DNA of 64,000 nucleotides. Origin: Octopus sinensis (lineage: Eukaryota). Below, piece after piece: positions 11,656 through 25,010 of this stretch. The position numbers were made by a program, and so were the translations under genes. The stretch spans positions 69,874,001-69,938,000 of the forward strand of contig NC_043002.1 in NCBI RefSeq assembly GCF_006345805.1, given 5' to 3'. Under the pieces are notes generated by a model, which saw nothing but the letters and a program-made list of their open reading frames with translations, had not been told where the DNA came from and made no database searches. The first letter of the stretch is position 1. Each line of letters begins with the position of its first letter.

Positions 11656-11920
11656 ATATAGATTCAAATTGTCAAACAATAGTGTTTTGATCTATGTAGC
11701 TAATGTAGTTTCTTTTTATTTATAAGTCTATATAATATTTGACAACTTTTTGTGGCGATCAGCAGTCACTGGCTTTGTAAAGGAAATGTTTTTGTTGTTA
11801 GTTTTCCGTCTACGTTCAGAGTGAATGACATGAATGACCAGGAACATTACATCATATATAACAGAAGATAGAAAACGCAAGCGCGCGCACACACTCACAC
11901 ACACACACACACACACACAC

Positions 11921-11963
<43 letters not shown>

Positions 11964-11973
11964 CATTATGTAC

Positions 11974-12098
11974 TTCATTCTCTTCATCATCATTAACGAT
12001 ACCAAAATCAGGATGTCTGAGCGCCTCTAAGCGGTCAGTTGAAATCCCTAGAAAACGCAGCCAATTTCTCCTAATATAACTTTCAACCACCTCAAAAA
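11974..12098 (-). CDS. Candidate internal coding exon of an unidentified gene (xFEVVESYIRRNWLRFLGISTDRLEALRHPDFGIVNDDEENE)
   Basis: Non-repetitive 125 nt with acceptor atccttccAG, an open frame of protein-like composition, and donor GTacat. No protein family recognised. Confidence 0.45.
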
Positions 12099-12253
12099 CT
12101 GGAAGGATATTTTGGGATAAAGGCAGGCAAGGTTACACCCAGTTCGAACGTCTTTTTTTGTGACATGGCTGTATATTGAAGCAGTTCGCTTTGCAACTCT
12201 ATGGTTCAGGTTCGATCTTATACTGCGGTATGTTTTACCAGATTCATTCACGA

Positions 12254-12435
12254 GACTGCGGCCATGCTGGGGCACCGCCTTGAATTTTTAGTCGAATGAA
12301 TCGACCCCAGTACTTTTTTTTTTAAGTGGTACTTATTCTATCGGTTTCTTTTGTCGAACCACTAGATTACGGGTGTCACAAACACTGACACAAAGTTACA
12401 CACAGATAGATATATGTGCGTACCCCACCCCGTAC

Positions 12436-12523
<88 letters not shown>

Positions 12524-12677
12524 GACGGGCTTCTTTCAGTTTCCGTCTACCAAATCCACTCACAGGGCTTTGGTTGGCCCGAAGCTATAGTAGAAGACAT
12601 TTGCCCAAGGTGTCACGCAGTGGGACTTAACTCGGAACCATGTGGTTGGGAAATAAGCTTCTTACCATACAGCCATA
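12254..12677 (-). mobile_element. tRNA-derived SINE family A with expanded central (TA)n
   Basis: Minus-strand head has A-box/B-box-like motifs (tggctgtatggtaag...ggttccgagtt), followed by the family body. Confidence 0.85.
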
Positions 12678-12794
12678 CTTGCGCCCCTTAATCAAGTTTT
12701 TTATTTGTTTTTTTCCCGCGACCTTGGTTTTTATCAATGCCTTGTGAGAGAAATTTGGTTGGCAGAAATCGTGGAAGGGACGGCGAGACGGTAA

Positions 12795-13040
12795 AGGCGG
12801 CGAGCTGGCAGAAACGTTAGCACGGGTGGTATTACATCTGCCGCTATGTTCTGAGTTCAAATTCCGCCGAGGTCGACTTTGCCTTTCATCCTTTCGGGGC
12901 CGATTAAATTTATAATAGTTACGCACTGGGGTCGATATAATTGACTTAATCCATTTGTCTGTTCTTGTTTGTCCTCTCTGTGTGTAGCCCCTTGTGTAGC
13001 CCCTTGTGTAGCCCCTTGTGTAGCCCCTTCTTATAAAGAA
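12795..13040 (+). mobile_element. tRNA-derived SINE family B with a tail containing (AGCCCCTTGTGT)n
   Basis: Head ggcggcgagctggcagaaacgttagc...gagttcaaattcc and core gactttgcctttcatcctttcgggg; many copies in the window. Confidence 0.85.
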
Positions 13041-13248
13041 ATAAGAAATCGTTGAAGAGACCATTCCTGTTTTAGGGTGGCAGACTTATGCAAAACCCTG
13101 TTTAACGCCGTTATGTGATCCATAGGGATCTTTGGCTGTGTTTAGTCTGTTGCAATTTCCTTTTCTTTCTTCCTTCCACTAATCTTGGCAATCCCTTAAA
13201 AGACATAATGGGCGATACCATCCACACCTCTTCTGATTAACCTTTAGT

Positions 13249-13630
13249 CTTTTACTTGTTTCAGTCATTTGACTGCGGCCATGCTGGAGCACCGCCTTTA
13301 GTCGAGCAAATCAACACCAGAACTTATTCTTTGTAAGCCTAGTACTTATTCTATCGGTCTCTTTTACGGAACCGCTAAGTAACAGGGACGTAAACACACC
13401 AACGTCGGATGTCAAGCGATTTTGGGTGGGGCAAACAGACACAAACATATACACACATATACATATACATAAATATACACATACGAAAGGCTTCTTCCAG
13501 TTTCCGTCTACCAAATCCATTCACAAGGCTTTGGTCGGCCCGAAGCTATAGTAGAAGACACTTGCCCAAGGTGCCACGCAGTGGGACTGAACCTGGGATC
13601 ATGTGGTTGGTAAACAAGCTACTTACCACA
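13249..13630 (-). mobile_element. tRNA-derived SINE family A, near full length
   Basis: Head through tail match the other family A copies. Confidence 0.9.
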
Positions 13631-14319
13631 GAGAAAAAAAAAAGAAAAGAAAGAAAATGATCTGCTTAGATCAGGGGTTAAACAATACCAGCATTATCAT
13701 AAGCATTAGTGGATCTTCCGTCACTTTCGACGATGAGCATTCAGTCGTTCTATCAACTGAACGAGTGGATTTTCGTTGTTCGACGATGACGAAGATTCCC
13801 TTGTCCAATCAACTGAATTACTGCTCTTGAAGTAATGAGTTAGTGGCTGAGTATTCCACAATTCTCAGCAGATTGAACGTGACATAGTGTGTTTAATAAA
13901 GGTTGTTTTTTTTAATGCGTCAAGAACTTTTTACCTGACATTGGGGCGCGTTTAATGTTTTTGCATGTTTTATATGCCATCAAATACGGTAAGCGTTCCT
14001 CACACTCGTGGACCCTTAATGAAGTCGTCGAGTCGAACCACTGGTATATGACTGGACCTTTTAATTACAATCTATTCGAAGGTTTCCACGCAGTTTCTGT
14101 CAACCCAGTTTCATTCATAAAACGGGCTACTTTAGCGTGCGGTCTGCCGCAGTATCCTGTCTACTCTGAAATTTCTTTTTGCATGTGGTCTACCTTTTCT
14201 TTACACTTTATTTTACAATTTAGTGCGATCTACCTCCACTATAAGAACTTTATACTACAGGATGATAAAAACAAATTGAATAATGTTGAATAATGATTTA
14301 TTAGTTTTTTTTTTTATTT

Positions 14320-14594
14320 ATGCGCCCTTTTCAAGCCCAGACAGACCCATGGGCCCGGTTTCCCGGTTTGTGTAGCTGGACGAGATGCCAGTCCATTGCA
14401 GCGTTACTCAAGAAACTGGAAGAGAGAGTGAGAGAAAGTTGGGGCGAAAGAGTACAACAGGGGTCGCCACTACCCCCTGCCGGAGCCTCGCGGAGCTTTA
14501 GGTGTTTTCGCTCAATAAATACACACAACGCCCGGTCTGGGAATCGAAACAGCGATCCTCCGACCGCGAGTCCGCTGCCCTAACCACCGGGCCA
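14320..14594 (-). mobile_element. tRNA-derived SINE family D (also + 36296-36588 and + ~45926-46110)
   Basis: tRNA-like head ggcccggtggttagggcagcggactcgcggtcggaggatcgctgtttcgattccc is shared by three copies. Confidence 0.8.
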
Positions 14595-14873
14595 ACTTAC
14601 ACTTAAATCTTAATTAATGATACACACTTCGTACATCATTTAGGAATGCCACAAACAAAGCTGCTGCATCTTTTCCCAAAACTTACCAACAAAAGTGATC
14701 AAGGTGTGACTGGAAAAGCCTACTACTAACGCCTCTCACTTTCAACGAAATATAGGCCGGTATTCTCCATTTCTGTCACGTTTTCGTTTTTCTTGCATGA
14801 CACTACTACATCGATGACAACGGTTTGCTTCTTGTGATGTATCCAGAAGGCTGTTTTCTTGTAAATATTATTG

Positions 14874-15208
14874 AGACCCCACTTCGGTCATGTCTGACCG
14901 TGGGATTGCACCTAGAAAGTTACCCTCCCAGGCACAAGTCCGGGCAAGTTTGTTTATGGAAGACCAGCAGTCGCCCACGCATACCGGCCTCCCCTCTCCA
15001 CGCCACCAGTGTTATCCAAGGGAAAGGCAAAGGCTGATAAGCTTGGCACTTGTGACGTCGCAACTCATTTCTACAGCTGAGTGAACTGGAGCAACGTGAA
15101 ATAAAGTGTCTTGCTCAAGAACACAACACGCAGCCCGGTCCGGGATTCGAACTCACAACCTCACGATCGTAAGCTCGACGCTCTAACCACTGAGCCATGC
15201 GCCTTCAC
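14874..15208 (-). mobile_element. tRNA-derived SINE family C, full length
   Basis: Head gtgaaggcgcatggctcagtggttagagcg...gagttcgaatcccgg; high identity to 29264-29607. Confidence 0.9.
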
Positions 15209-15211
15209 TTC

Positions 15212-15414
15212 TAAACACAGAGGGGACAAACAAGACAGACAAATGGATTAAGTCGATTACATCGACCCCAGCGCGTAACTGGTACTTATTTAATCGACCC
15301 CGAAAGGATGAAAGGCAAAGTCGACCTTGGCGGAATCTGAACTCAGAACGTAGCGGCAGACGAAATACCGCTAAGCATTTCACCCGGCGTGCTAACGATT
15401 CTGCCAGCTCGCTA
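15212..15414 (-). mobile_element. SINE family B
   Basis: Reverse complement of the family B head and core. Confidence 0.85.
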
Positions 15415-16113
15415 CTTTTAATAAGATCAACTATAAAAACAGTAATATTGCTACTAAAACGGATTTTTTATGCCTTAAAAACATCCCAATCATGACCCTC
15501 ACTTTATTTATGCTTTTCTGTTGGACATTGGCGCAGGTTTAAAAAAAGACTTGGATCGATTCATTCGGCTAAAAGCTCTCCAAAATAGTGCCCCAGAATG
15601 GCCGCAGTTTAATGACTGAAACAAGTAAACGATTAACGATTAACGATAAGTTTGTGTGTGCGTGTTTCAAATCAGCAAACACCTTGAAAACGTATCAACG
15701 CAATTCACTGTATCAGCCATCAGCCATCTTCAAAAGGAAATAATGTGATTATATAAAGGTTATAGTTTGAGAAAATACGGATGAAGAGGTTATAAAAACT
15801 CATTTTGAAGTGAGAAAACGTCTTGGGGGTGAAAAAAAAAAGGGAGCAGTAGTGAGGAATATGGAGACTGTGGTGGGGAAGGCATTAGGGAAATTGTGAT
15901 AGAAATGCCTGTCTGGAGGAAACATATTTCAGGGAGTCATGATGCTGAATAAATTGCAGGATATAGTGAGTGGTCAGTGATGGAGCGCTTGTGTTTTCTT
16001 CTCTCAGCACCGGAAATAAGGAAGTACATCAAATCCTCAGAAAAGATGAAAGGTAGGGTTTACGTATGTGTACATGTAGATGTGTGTGTGTGGTGTATGT
16101 TTATACACATGTG

Positions 16114-16145
<32 letters not shown>

Positions 16146-16820
16146 TGTATGTATATGTATGTATGTATATATATGTATATATGTATATATATGTATATGT
16201 ATGTATATATATATGTACGTATATATATATATGTATATATATGTATGTATATTTATATGTATGTATATATATGTATGTATGTATATATATATATACACAC
16301 TCATACATTACATATATATTTACACACACATACACACATATGCGCACACACATATATAGATTGACTGACTAACAGATAAATACTTAGAGAGAGATACCCA
16401 ATACATACATTTAGATGACAAGCACATATATACGTACTTATATTTTCAAACTAATCACCAGTGTTTCGTTTCTAACAAATTATTTTCTTCTTTCCCCAAT
16501 TTCCCACTATCCTTCATCTGTTTATTATAAATTCATGCTGGAATGGTTCTATTTATACGTTCAACAACCTGGTTTCTTGGTGCACATTTATAATTAATCA
16601 CACGTATTAGAGTCAAGGTCACAATGATAACTGGTTGGTCGGCTTTAGGGATTACTGATAATAGAAATTGAGAAAATTTCCACTACAACTTTTAATGTGG
16701 CCTTGCACTTTCTCATTGTTCCCCTTTCAGATATTGGCTTGAAAACAAAGAATGAGTGTCCATAGAATTTGTAAGACCCCTACGTACATACATACGTACG
16801 TACATACATACATACATACA

Positions 16821-16852
<32 letters not shown>

Positions 16853-17012
16853 AATACACAGCAAACACAAGCATATGTACAGATTCTCGCACATATTCAC
16901 ACACATGCGGGTTGTAATTTGTTCGTAGTTCACATTAATACTACGGACACACTAAAAGCAAACAGACCAAATAATTAGATATAATATCTTCCCGTTTATA
17001 GCATACTATAAG

Positions 17013-17394
17013 CTAGCTTCTGCTGAGGGCTAATTGGGCCTAAGACCCAAAACTAAAGAGAGCAATGATAATAAAGCATTTATTGGTACCCTACCCATAT
17101 GGTATTACCCTACCAATATGGTATTACTTTAAATTAATTTTAAACGGAGAACTTGTAAGTTCACAAATCTTTGGAGTTCTTTTAAAATTTGAATGTTCAA
17201 CAGTTACCATATAACAAATACTCATTCAGACTTGATCCCAATGCTAGTTGTTCAAGAACCAAATGAAGGGCAGATTTTTAATCTCGGGGTCATCCTGATT
17301 CCAGAAAGGTATAATATGTCTATGTAGAGCAAATGTAGACTGAGATACAGGCGTCCCGGACGGACAGACAGAATTTCGCGTTTATTATTATAGA
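17013..17394 (-). mobile_element. Helitron-like non-autonomous relic
   Basis: Minus strand begins A|TCTATAATAATAAACGCGAAATTCTGTCTGTCC and ends in a weak GC hairpin followed by CTAG. Confidence 0.45.
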
Positions 17395-18741
17395 TTTAAT
17401 ACTTCTGGCTGCGGATCGTTAAGCAGGTCCATTCGTTATACTTAGTTTTATCAGCGTAGTTTGTTGTCTTCACTATTCGTCTACATTGTGTTTAGGATAT
17501 TAATCTAGAGACTTCAAGTTGCTCACTTGTTTATAACCAATTTCGTAAAAAAGCTCTATTGGGGAGTGTTTGCAAGCAAGTATTTGTTATTATGTGGGCA
17601 TTTAGAGATTTTTTCTGTCTGTTGTGTAAAAGAGAATCTAGTATTACTCCTCGAATAATCTGAGAATCTTCATTCGAAATTAATCTACCAGTCGTTGTAA
17701 TTCATTGACTTTTTTTTAGCAAATAATATATTTTGCTAGGCGAAGTCTTCTTCAGTAGGTACACCTTAGATTAAATATATATACACGAGGCAAATAAAGT
17801 CTGAAACCATTGGTCCAGGAGTTAGATGGTAATTTTTTTTTTTTTTATTCCTTTCGAAATTTTATCCTTAATAGTGGTTTGGAATTTAACTGTCCTCTCT
17901 AGCGTGCAAGGAATCTTGTAATGAATACCTCTTGTGTGTTTAAATGTACACTGTATTTATTTGTATATGTATATATATGTACATATACATATACATACGC
18001 TCTTAGTTTCGCTTGTCTTTGTCATACACCCAGATTGGGTCACCGTTTTGAAGGTTTTAGCCGAACAAATCGAACCCAATACTTTTTTCATATTTGCAAT
18101 AGTTTATAGATCAAGACTAGATCTGCTTACCATCAAAGATCTTAGCGTTTAGGGAGTACGCGTCTATGTGTGCATGTGGTTGTATGTGTGTCTATGTCGC
18201 TGTAAGTGTATATGTGGCTGTATGTGTATGTGGCTGTATGTGTGTGTGGCTGTATGTGTGTGTATATGTGTGTGTTTGTATGTGTGTGTGTGTGTGTGTG
18301 GTGTGTGTGTGTGTGTGTGTGTATTTGTGTGCGTTTGTGTTTGTGTGTATCTTGGTATGTATATGTGCTCGCACATTTCGTATTTTGTGAAATCGATTTC
18401 GTACATCCCGTAAATGTAAACACTTGCTGCGCATATCCAGATAACTTGCCGAAAAGCAATCTAAATATAAAAATAAAATTATAAATAAACAAATGAATAA
18501 ACTTTTCAGGTGTTGTGTTGGCAAAATTGTCAGATCGTCCGAGAAAATGCGTTGCTCTATGTAGCCTTTAGGTCCCGAATTAAAGTTTTCTGAGTTCAGC
18601 TTTGCTCGTTATCTCCTCGAACTTGATAAAGCATGATACCAGACGAAGCGCTGGATTAATTTATATTCTTTGATGTGGATAGAACTAAAATGGCAGTTTA
18701 AGTCATATTTTTCTATTAATCAATGAATCAACCAATCAATC

Positions 18742-18905
18742 AAGCAAGCAATTAATCAATCTCTCCCTTTCTATCATATGTAATCATTTTATCTAGTCTG
18801 TAGCTTTGTTGTGGCTTCTGAAAACGAAGAAGGGTGGGGTGGGGGAGATTCTGAAGGACCAAACATTGAGCATATTCCTGCTGTGATAAGATCTCACGTG
18901 ATCTA
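18742..18905 (+). repeat. Locus-restricted dispersed repeat, copy 1 of 3 (others ~20143-20330 and ~25022-25207)
   Basis: Shared skeleton ctctccctttctatcatatg...gattctgaaggatcaaacat...gatctcacgtgatct. Confidence 0.75.
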
Positions 18906-18988
18906 TCTATCTATCTGTCTATCTATCTATCTATCGATCGATCGATCGATCGATCTATTTTAATTTTTTCTTTTTCCTTTCTTCCTTC

Positions 18989-19111
<123 letters not shown>

Positions 19112-19475
19112 TCATGAGGATTGATGAAATATTTGGAGTTCTTAAATTCATTAGATTCTGCAGACACTCAAAATAAGGAAGGAGCAAAGAAACTGGTCAA
19201 AACGGACGCAGCCTTCTTATTCCATTTTTCGTTTCATTTGTTTTTCATTGTTTTCTTTTTGTTAGTGGGATATAATAAATCATTGTTAGTGGGATATAAT
19301 AAAGCGATGGCGTGTGAAAGCTGGTTGTGATGTTCTATCTAGCTAGATTGTTAAATAGACAGATGTGCGTGTATGTAAGTATGTATGTATGTATGTATGT
19401 ATGTATGTATGTATGTATTATGTATGTATGTATGTATGTATGTATGTATGTATACACACTGACACAGATACAGAC

Positions 19476-19559
<84 letters not shown>

Positions 19560-19583
19560 CATACATACATGCATAAATATCCA

Positions 19584-19819
19584 CAGTAATCTCTCGCCAT
19601 ATCGCGGTTCACCTTTCGCGGTTTATTATTTAAGCTTACGTCGATTCCTCTGTGGTGTTGTTTTGCATTTATAATAAAATAAATATATACAAATTATAAA
19701 GATAAAACAGATATACAGTACAGTACTGTTTCTGCTTCGCGGATTTTCGCCTATCGCGGATTTTCGCCTATCGCGAGGGAATTTGGAACGTAGCACCCGC
19801 AACAGTCGAGGGTTTAGTG
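19584..19819. mobile_element. Tigger/pogo-type MITE
   Basis: Imperfect TIRs cagtaatctctcg...atcgcgg and ccgcaacagtcgagggtttagtg, right end followed by TA; internal cgcggattttcgcctat duplication. Confidence 0.65.
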
Positions 19820-20021
19820 TATATATATTATATATTCTTTTCTACTCTAGGCACAAGGCCCGAAAATTTGGGGGAGGGGACCAATCGATTAGATCGACCA
19901 CAGTACGCAGTGTATGTGCACGTGTGTCTATATATGTATATATATATGTGTGTGGGTGTGCATGTCTATATATGTATATGTGTGTGTGTGTGTGTGTGTG
20001 TATTCAGAGAGAAAATGAAGT

Positions 20022-20057
<36 letters not shown>

Positions 20058-20063
20058 TGAGAT

Positions 20064-20098
<35 letters not shown>

Positions 20099-20699
20099 AA
20101 AAGAGAGGAGAGAGTTCTTGGAAACTGTTGTTTGAGTCTATTCTCTCCCTTTCTATAATATATTTATAAGTTATCATATGTTTGTATGTAATCATTCCAT
20201 CTAGTGTGTAATTTTGTTGTGACTCCTGAAAATGATGTGGTGGGCGATTCTGAAGGATCAAACATCGAATGTATACGTGGTCTGATATGATCTCACGTGA
20301 TCTCACGTGATCTCTAGAGCTTTATTTCTAAATCTTACTAATGGCATCCATTTACATTTCATAGCATCACATCCCATTCACGTTGCTGAAAAATATTTCC
20401 AGATTGTTACATAGCAACGTCTTGGGTAAACAGACCGTTTAAATACTTTTGCAGGGTCTCAGCGGATTCTCTTGATTCCTGCAACAACGACAACAACAAC
20501 AACAACAACAGCGAAGAGGAGGAGAAGGGGAGCTAAATAATCAAGCTCTAACAACTGTAAGTAATATGGAAAACAGAGAGGGAAGGACAGTGCTTAAAAA
20601 AAACTGTAATGGCTATGATGTCCTCGGTAAGTGTACAGAGAAGCACTAAACAGTGTGGCCAAAAGATATTGGTGTGGCAAATGAATTATATATCGGATA

Positions 20700-21290
20700 C
20701 TCTCACAGCTGGAAGAAGAAAAAGGAGACGAAGAAGAAGAAAAAGGAGAAGGTAGAGGAGGAGGAGGAGGAGGAGGAGAAGCAGAAGAAGGTGGAAGTGG
20801 AGGGGAAGGAGGGGAAAAAGAAAAAGGAGGAAAAAAGATAGAGGTGGAGGAGGAGGAGGAGGAGGAGGAGGCGAAGAAAAAGAAGGAAGAGGAGAGGAGG
20901 AGGAGAAGAAGAAGGTGGAGGAAGAGGAGGAGGAGGAGAAGAAGAAGAAGAAGAAGAAGAAGAAGCAGAAGAAGGTAGAAGTGGAGGAGGAAGAGGTTGA
21001 GGAGGAGAAAAAGAAAAAGGAAGAAAAGGTGGAGGTGGAGGAGGAAGAGGAAAAAAGAAGGAAGGGAGGAGAAGAAGAAGAAGAAGAAGACGAAGAAGAA
21101 GAAGAGAAGAAGAAGAAGAAGAAGAAGAAGAAGAAGAAGAAGAACAAGAACAACAACAACAACAACAACAACAACAAAAACGAAAACTTCAAGAAGAAAA
21201 GGAGAAAAAAGCGGAAGAAAGAGGTAGAAGAAGAAGAAGAAGAAGAAGAAGAGGAGGGTGAGACAATGTGAAAAGGAGAGAAAGAAAGAA
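20700..21290. repeat. ~600-nt homopurine (GAA/GAG) low-complexity tract
   Basis: Plus strand is almost exclusively A/G. Confidence 0.95.
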
Positions 21291-21378
21291 AGCGAGAAAA
21301 CCTATTTGTCGAGTTTCTTAAGGTGTATGTGCATGAGTATGTATGTACCTATTTGTCATGTGTGTGTGTATGTATGTG

Positions 21379-21423
<45 letters not shown>

Positions 21424-22105
21424 TGTGTGTGTGTGTGTGTGTGTGTTGTGTGTGTGTATCTAATGTTTATGTATGTTTCCAATGTGTATATAAGTGTATG
21501 TATGCTTGAACAGTGTAAGCATATTTGTAGAGTAGGAGTTTGTTTGTAATATGTTTGTTTATAATAATGTATGTTTGTAAGGTGTTTTTCACACTACTCT
21601 GGCCACGCAGGCGGATGCTAGTGACGTGTGCTAGGTATATTTTCGTCTTCTGCATGGACTAATTTGGTATTGACTACCAACATTTCTTGGCATTTTACCT
21701 GAGATTACTAAAAAATGTTATTGATTTGTTGGAATCATTAACAGAATCATTATAGCATCGTAGAAACACTTTGCATCGACTCTATACGATCTAACTTCAA
21801 ATCCGACCGAGGCCAGGTTTTTCAGTCATTCCCTCTGTAGTCGATTAAAATAAAGTAGTAAAGTACCAGTATAGATATATTCGACTATTCCATTCTTTAA
21901 AATTTCAGTTCTTGTGCCTATGTTTAAAACAGTTATTATTGATTTTTATTCGCAAGACCTTAAATTTTGGAGAATAATTAACTCAACTGCCGTTTGCCTT
22001 GATTGAGGGAAAATTTTCGTGAAAATAAAATAGCAAAAAAAAAATAAGAAGAAATAAATAAACTGCCGAGTCCCAAACAGACGACCACATCTGTTGACGT
22101 TACAT

Positions 22106-22115
22106 GTCACGTGAC
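22106..22115. promoter_or_regulatory. Perfect palindromic E-box GTCACGTGAC (CLEAR/MiT-TFE-type consensus)
   Basis: Seen directly in non-repetitive DNA; function untested. Confidence 0.3.
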
Positions 22116-22929
22116 CTGTCAGTTACTCACCGTTTTCTTCGTTATTCTAAAGTCATTTAAAGTCTTTGAAGGATATTCTAGTTCCAGATAGACTAAGACC
22201 GATTTGAGGTTAAACAATACAACAATAAATCCATCATAGTCATCACTATCAACAACAACGAATAATGTTTAAAATTTTGGCATAAGGCCGGCTATGTTAA
22301 GAGATGGGGTAAGCCGTTTAGATCGACTCCAGTTTTCAACTAGTATTTAATTTTCGCCCGCGAAAGGATGAAGAACAAAGTCAAATTCGGCGGAATTTGA
22401 TCCTAGAACGTAAAGAGCCGGAAGATATACCGCTAAGCATTTTGTCCGATTCGCTAGCGATTCTGCCAGCTCGCCACCTCAAACTAATCCGCAGTATTGC
22501 CCCACGATAATATTATCTCTTGGTTTATCATGTTCTTCTAAATCACAGCTCAATGTCGCGTTCTTACTTCGGTTTGAGACCACACTTTTGTCGAAGATGT
22601 GTATGGTTGGTTTAGTAAATTCTGTAGAATCTATTTCATTTTCTTTTTTTTGTGTGTGTGTGTGTGGTGATTTGTCCTGAAAAGAGGGGTATGTGCACAC
22701 AGTCTTCATACATAAAAAAGTCTGTCTGTCTGTCTGTCTGTCTGTCTGTATGTATGTATGTCTGTATGTATGTATGTATGTATGTATGTATGTATGTATG
22801 TATGTATGTATGTATGTGTGTGTGTGTATGTTCGTATGTCATTATTCATTTTATTACAAGATTTCTTGCCAATAGAGAAGGAACCAGTTTCTAACCTAGA
22901 TCCAAGATGTATGTATGCATGTATTCTTC

Positions 22930-24510
22930 TGTTCTTTTACTTGTTTCAGTCACATGACTGCGGTCATGCTGGAGTCCCGCCTCGAAGGGTTTTAGTCGAA
23001 CAAATTGACCCCAAGACTTATGTTTTTAAGCCTAGTACTTGATCTACCGGTACTCTTTTGCTGAACCGCTAAGTTACGATGACATGAACACACTAATACC
23101 AATTGTCAAGCGGTGACGGTGGGTGAGGTGGGGAAGAAATACAGACACAAAGACACACTCAGGACATTTAAATATATCAGGTCATTAAGAATGAAATGTC
23201 CGATTTTCTTATGCACCAAGTTTGACAGTCGTTAACTCTAATCCTGATAATTCTTTGTTTTACAACACTGAAGAGTTACATGATCACTTTTCGAAATGCA
23301 ATTCATGGTTTCTGATTATATTGTGGGTTTTCTCTTGTAAATCCGTTTTTGTGACCCCATGGATAGATCAAAACTACGTGTTTATGAATATGAGTTCCTT
23401 CGTGGAACCAATGCATCCCAGACGGCTCAAAACATCAATGAGGTATTTGGTGAAGATGTGGCGAATGAGCGCACTGTACGTCAATGGCTTGAGAGGTTCT
23501 GGTCTGGTGACCAAGGTGGATAATGATAAGCTGGAAACTGTAGTGGAAGCGCATGCATCTCAAACTACGCGTGAGTTAGCAGCAAGGTTTGATGTTTCTA
23601 TTCCAACTGTATTGGACCATCTAAAACAAATCGACAGGATAAAGAAGCTGGACAAGTGGGTGCCACACGAATTGAACGAGCATCAAATGACACGTCATCT
23701 TGAAACTTTCTGTTCTTTGCTGTCTCAGCATAAAAGCGAACCATTTTTGCATCGTATTGTTACGTGTGATGAAAAATGAATTCTTTTCACCAATACCAAG
23801 CGTTCTGCACAGTGGTTGGATAGAGACGAAGTGCCAAAGTACAATCCAAAACAGAATATTCACTAAAAAGCTAATGGTGTCTGTTTGGTGGTCCAGCGCT
23901 GGTGTCGTCCACTACAGCTTTATGAGATCTGATAAGTCAATTACAGCAGATGTATACATCAACCAATTGGATGAAATGATGAGCGAACTTTCAATAAACA
24001 ACCGAGGTTGGTCAATAGAGACAGACCAATTCTCTTGCAAGACAATGCTCGACCACCTGTTGCACAAAGTGCGCTCATCCATCATATTCACCAGACCATG
24101 AACCAACTGACTATCACGTTTTCCAGGCATGAGATAAAGTTTTTGCAAGGAAAAAATTTCAAATCTGAAGATGCAAAAACAGGCTTCGTGATTTCATCAT
24201 TTCTTACTCACCAGAATTCTTCGCTGCCGGCATAAACAAGCTATCAATAAAATGGTAAAATTTTGTTCATAATTGAAGTGCATACTTTTTATTAACTGCA
24301 TTGCTTTTTATTGTGATAAAGTAAAGTAAACTTTCAGTTCAAAATCGAACATTTCATTCCTTGCGATTTGATATATACATTATACGTATACACGACGGGT
24401 TACTTTCAGTTTCCGTCTACCAAATCCACCCAAAAGACTTAGGTCAGCCCGAGGCTATAGTAGCAGACGCTTTCCCAAGGTGCCATGCAAGCTTCTTACC
24501 ACACTCCCAC
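22930..24510 (-). mobile_element. SINE family A copy split by the mariner insertion (3' part 22930-23170, 5' part ~24390-24510)
   Basis: The two halves are collinear with the family A consensus on either side of the mariner. Confidence 0.75.
23175..24373 (+). mobile_element. Decayed mariner (DD34D-type) transposon with frameshifted transposase pseudogene
   Basis: ~33-nt TIRs (tatcaggtcattaagaatgaaatgtccgatttt / aaaatcgaacatttcattccttgcgatttgata). Transposase motifs WVPHEL, IVTCDEK, LLQDNARP lie in different frames with stops; length ~1.2 kb. Confidence 0.92.
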
Positions 24511-24641
24511 TTGTGTGTATACATATATGTTTGCGTATATTCATACGTATTACGTATGCATGTGTATATGTGTATGTATTTATGTACATATAAACTCATA
24601 CATATATACAAATATAAACACACACCACACACACACACACA

Positions 24642-24683
<42 letters not shown>

Positions 24684-24729
24684 TTGTAGATGTGAAAAAG
24701 GTCAAAAATAAAGAAGGCAGGAGTTCATA

Positions 24730-25010
24730 AACAGGAAGTTATGCTAGGAGATCCAAGTGCAAGACAAGCTCGAATATTTTGCGGATGTCAAGTGCTCGAA
24801 TGCTATTCTGTTTTCATCAAATTCCTCGGGCGCAAGAGGGTTTCTCCATGCTGTTTGTGGTGGTAGTTGTTAACGACTGTCTCCACACCGCTTTTGAGAA
24901 ATTGCATGTGAGAGCGACAATTTGGTTTCGGATAGTGACGTTGTCTTCCCTACAAACTGGACATGCTCTGGGGGTATTTTTGTAATTCTTTCAGTCATTT
25001 GAAAACTGTT
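24730..25010 (-). mobile_element. Possible L1/Tx1-type LINE relic (zinc-knuckle region)
   Basis: Minus frame reads RACPVCREDNVTIRNQIVALTCNFSKAVWRQ, resembling the CxxC...C.F.K.VW C-terminal domain; weak. Confidence 0.3.

Noticed and set aside
13955-14293. 112-aa plus-strand ORF in unique sequence
   Set aside because: It starts at a non-ATG codon, has no recognisable domain, and has no consistent splice signals.
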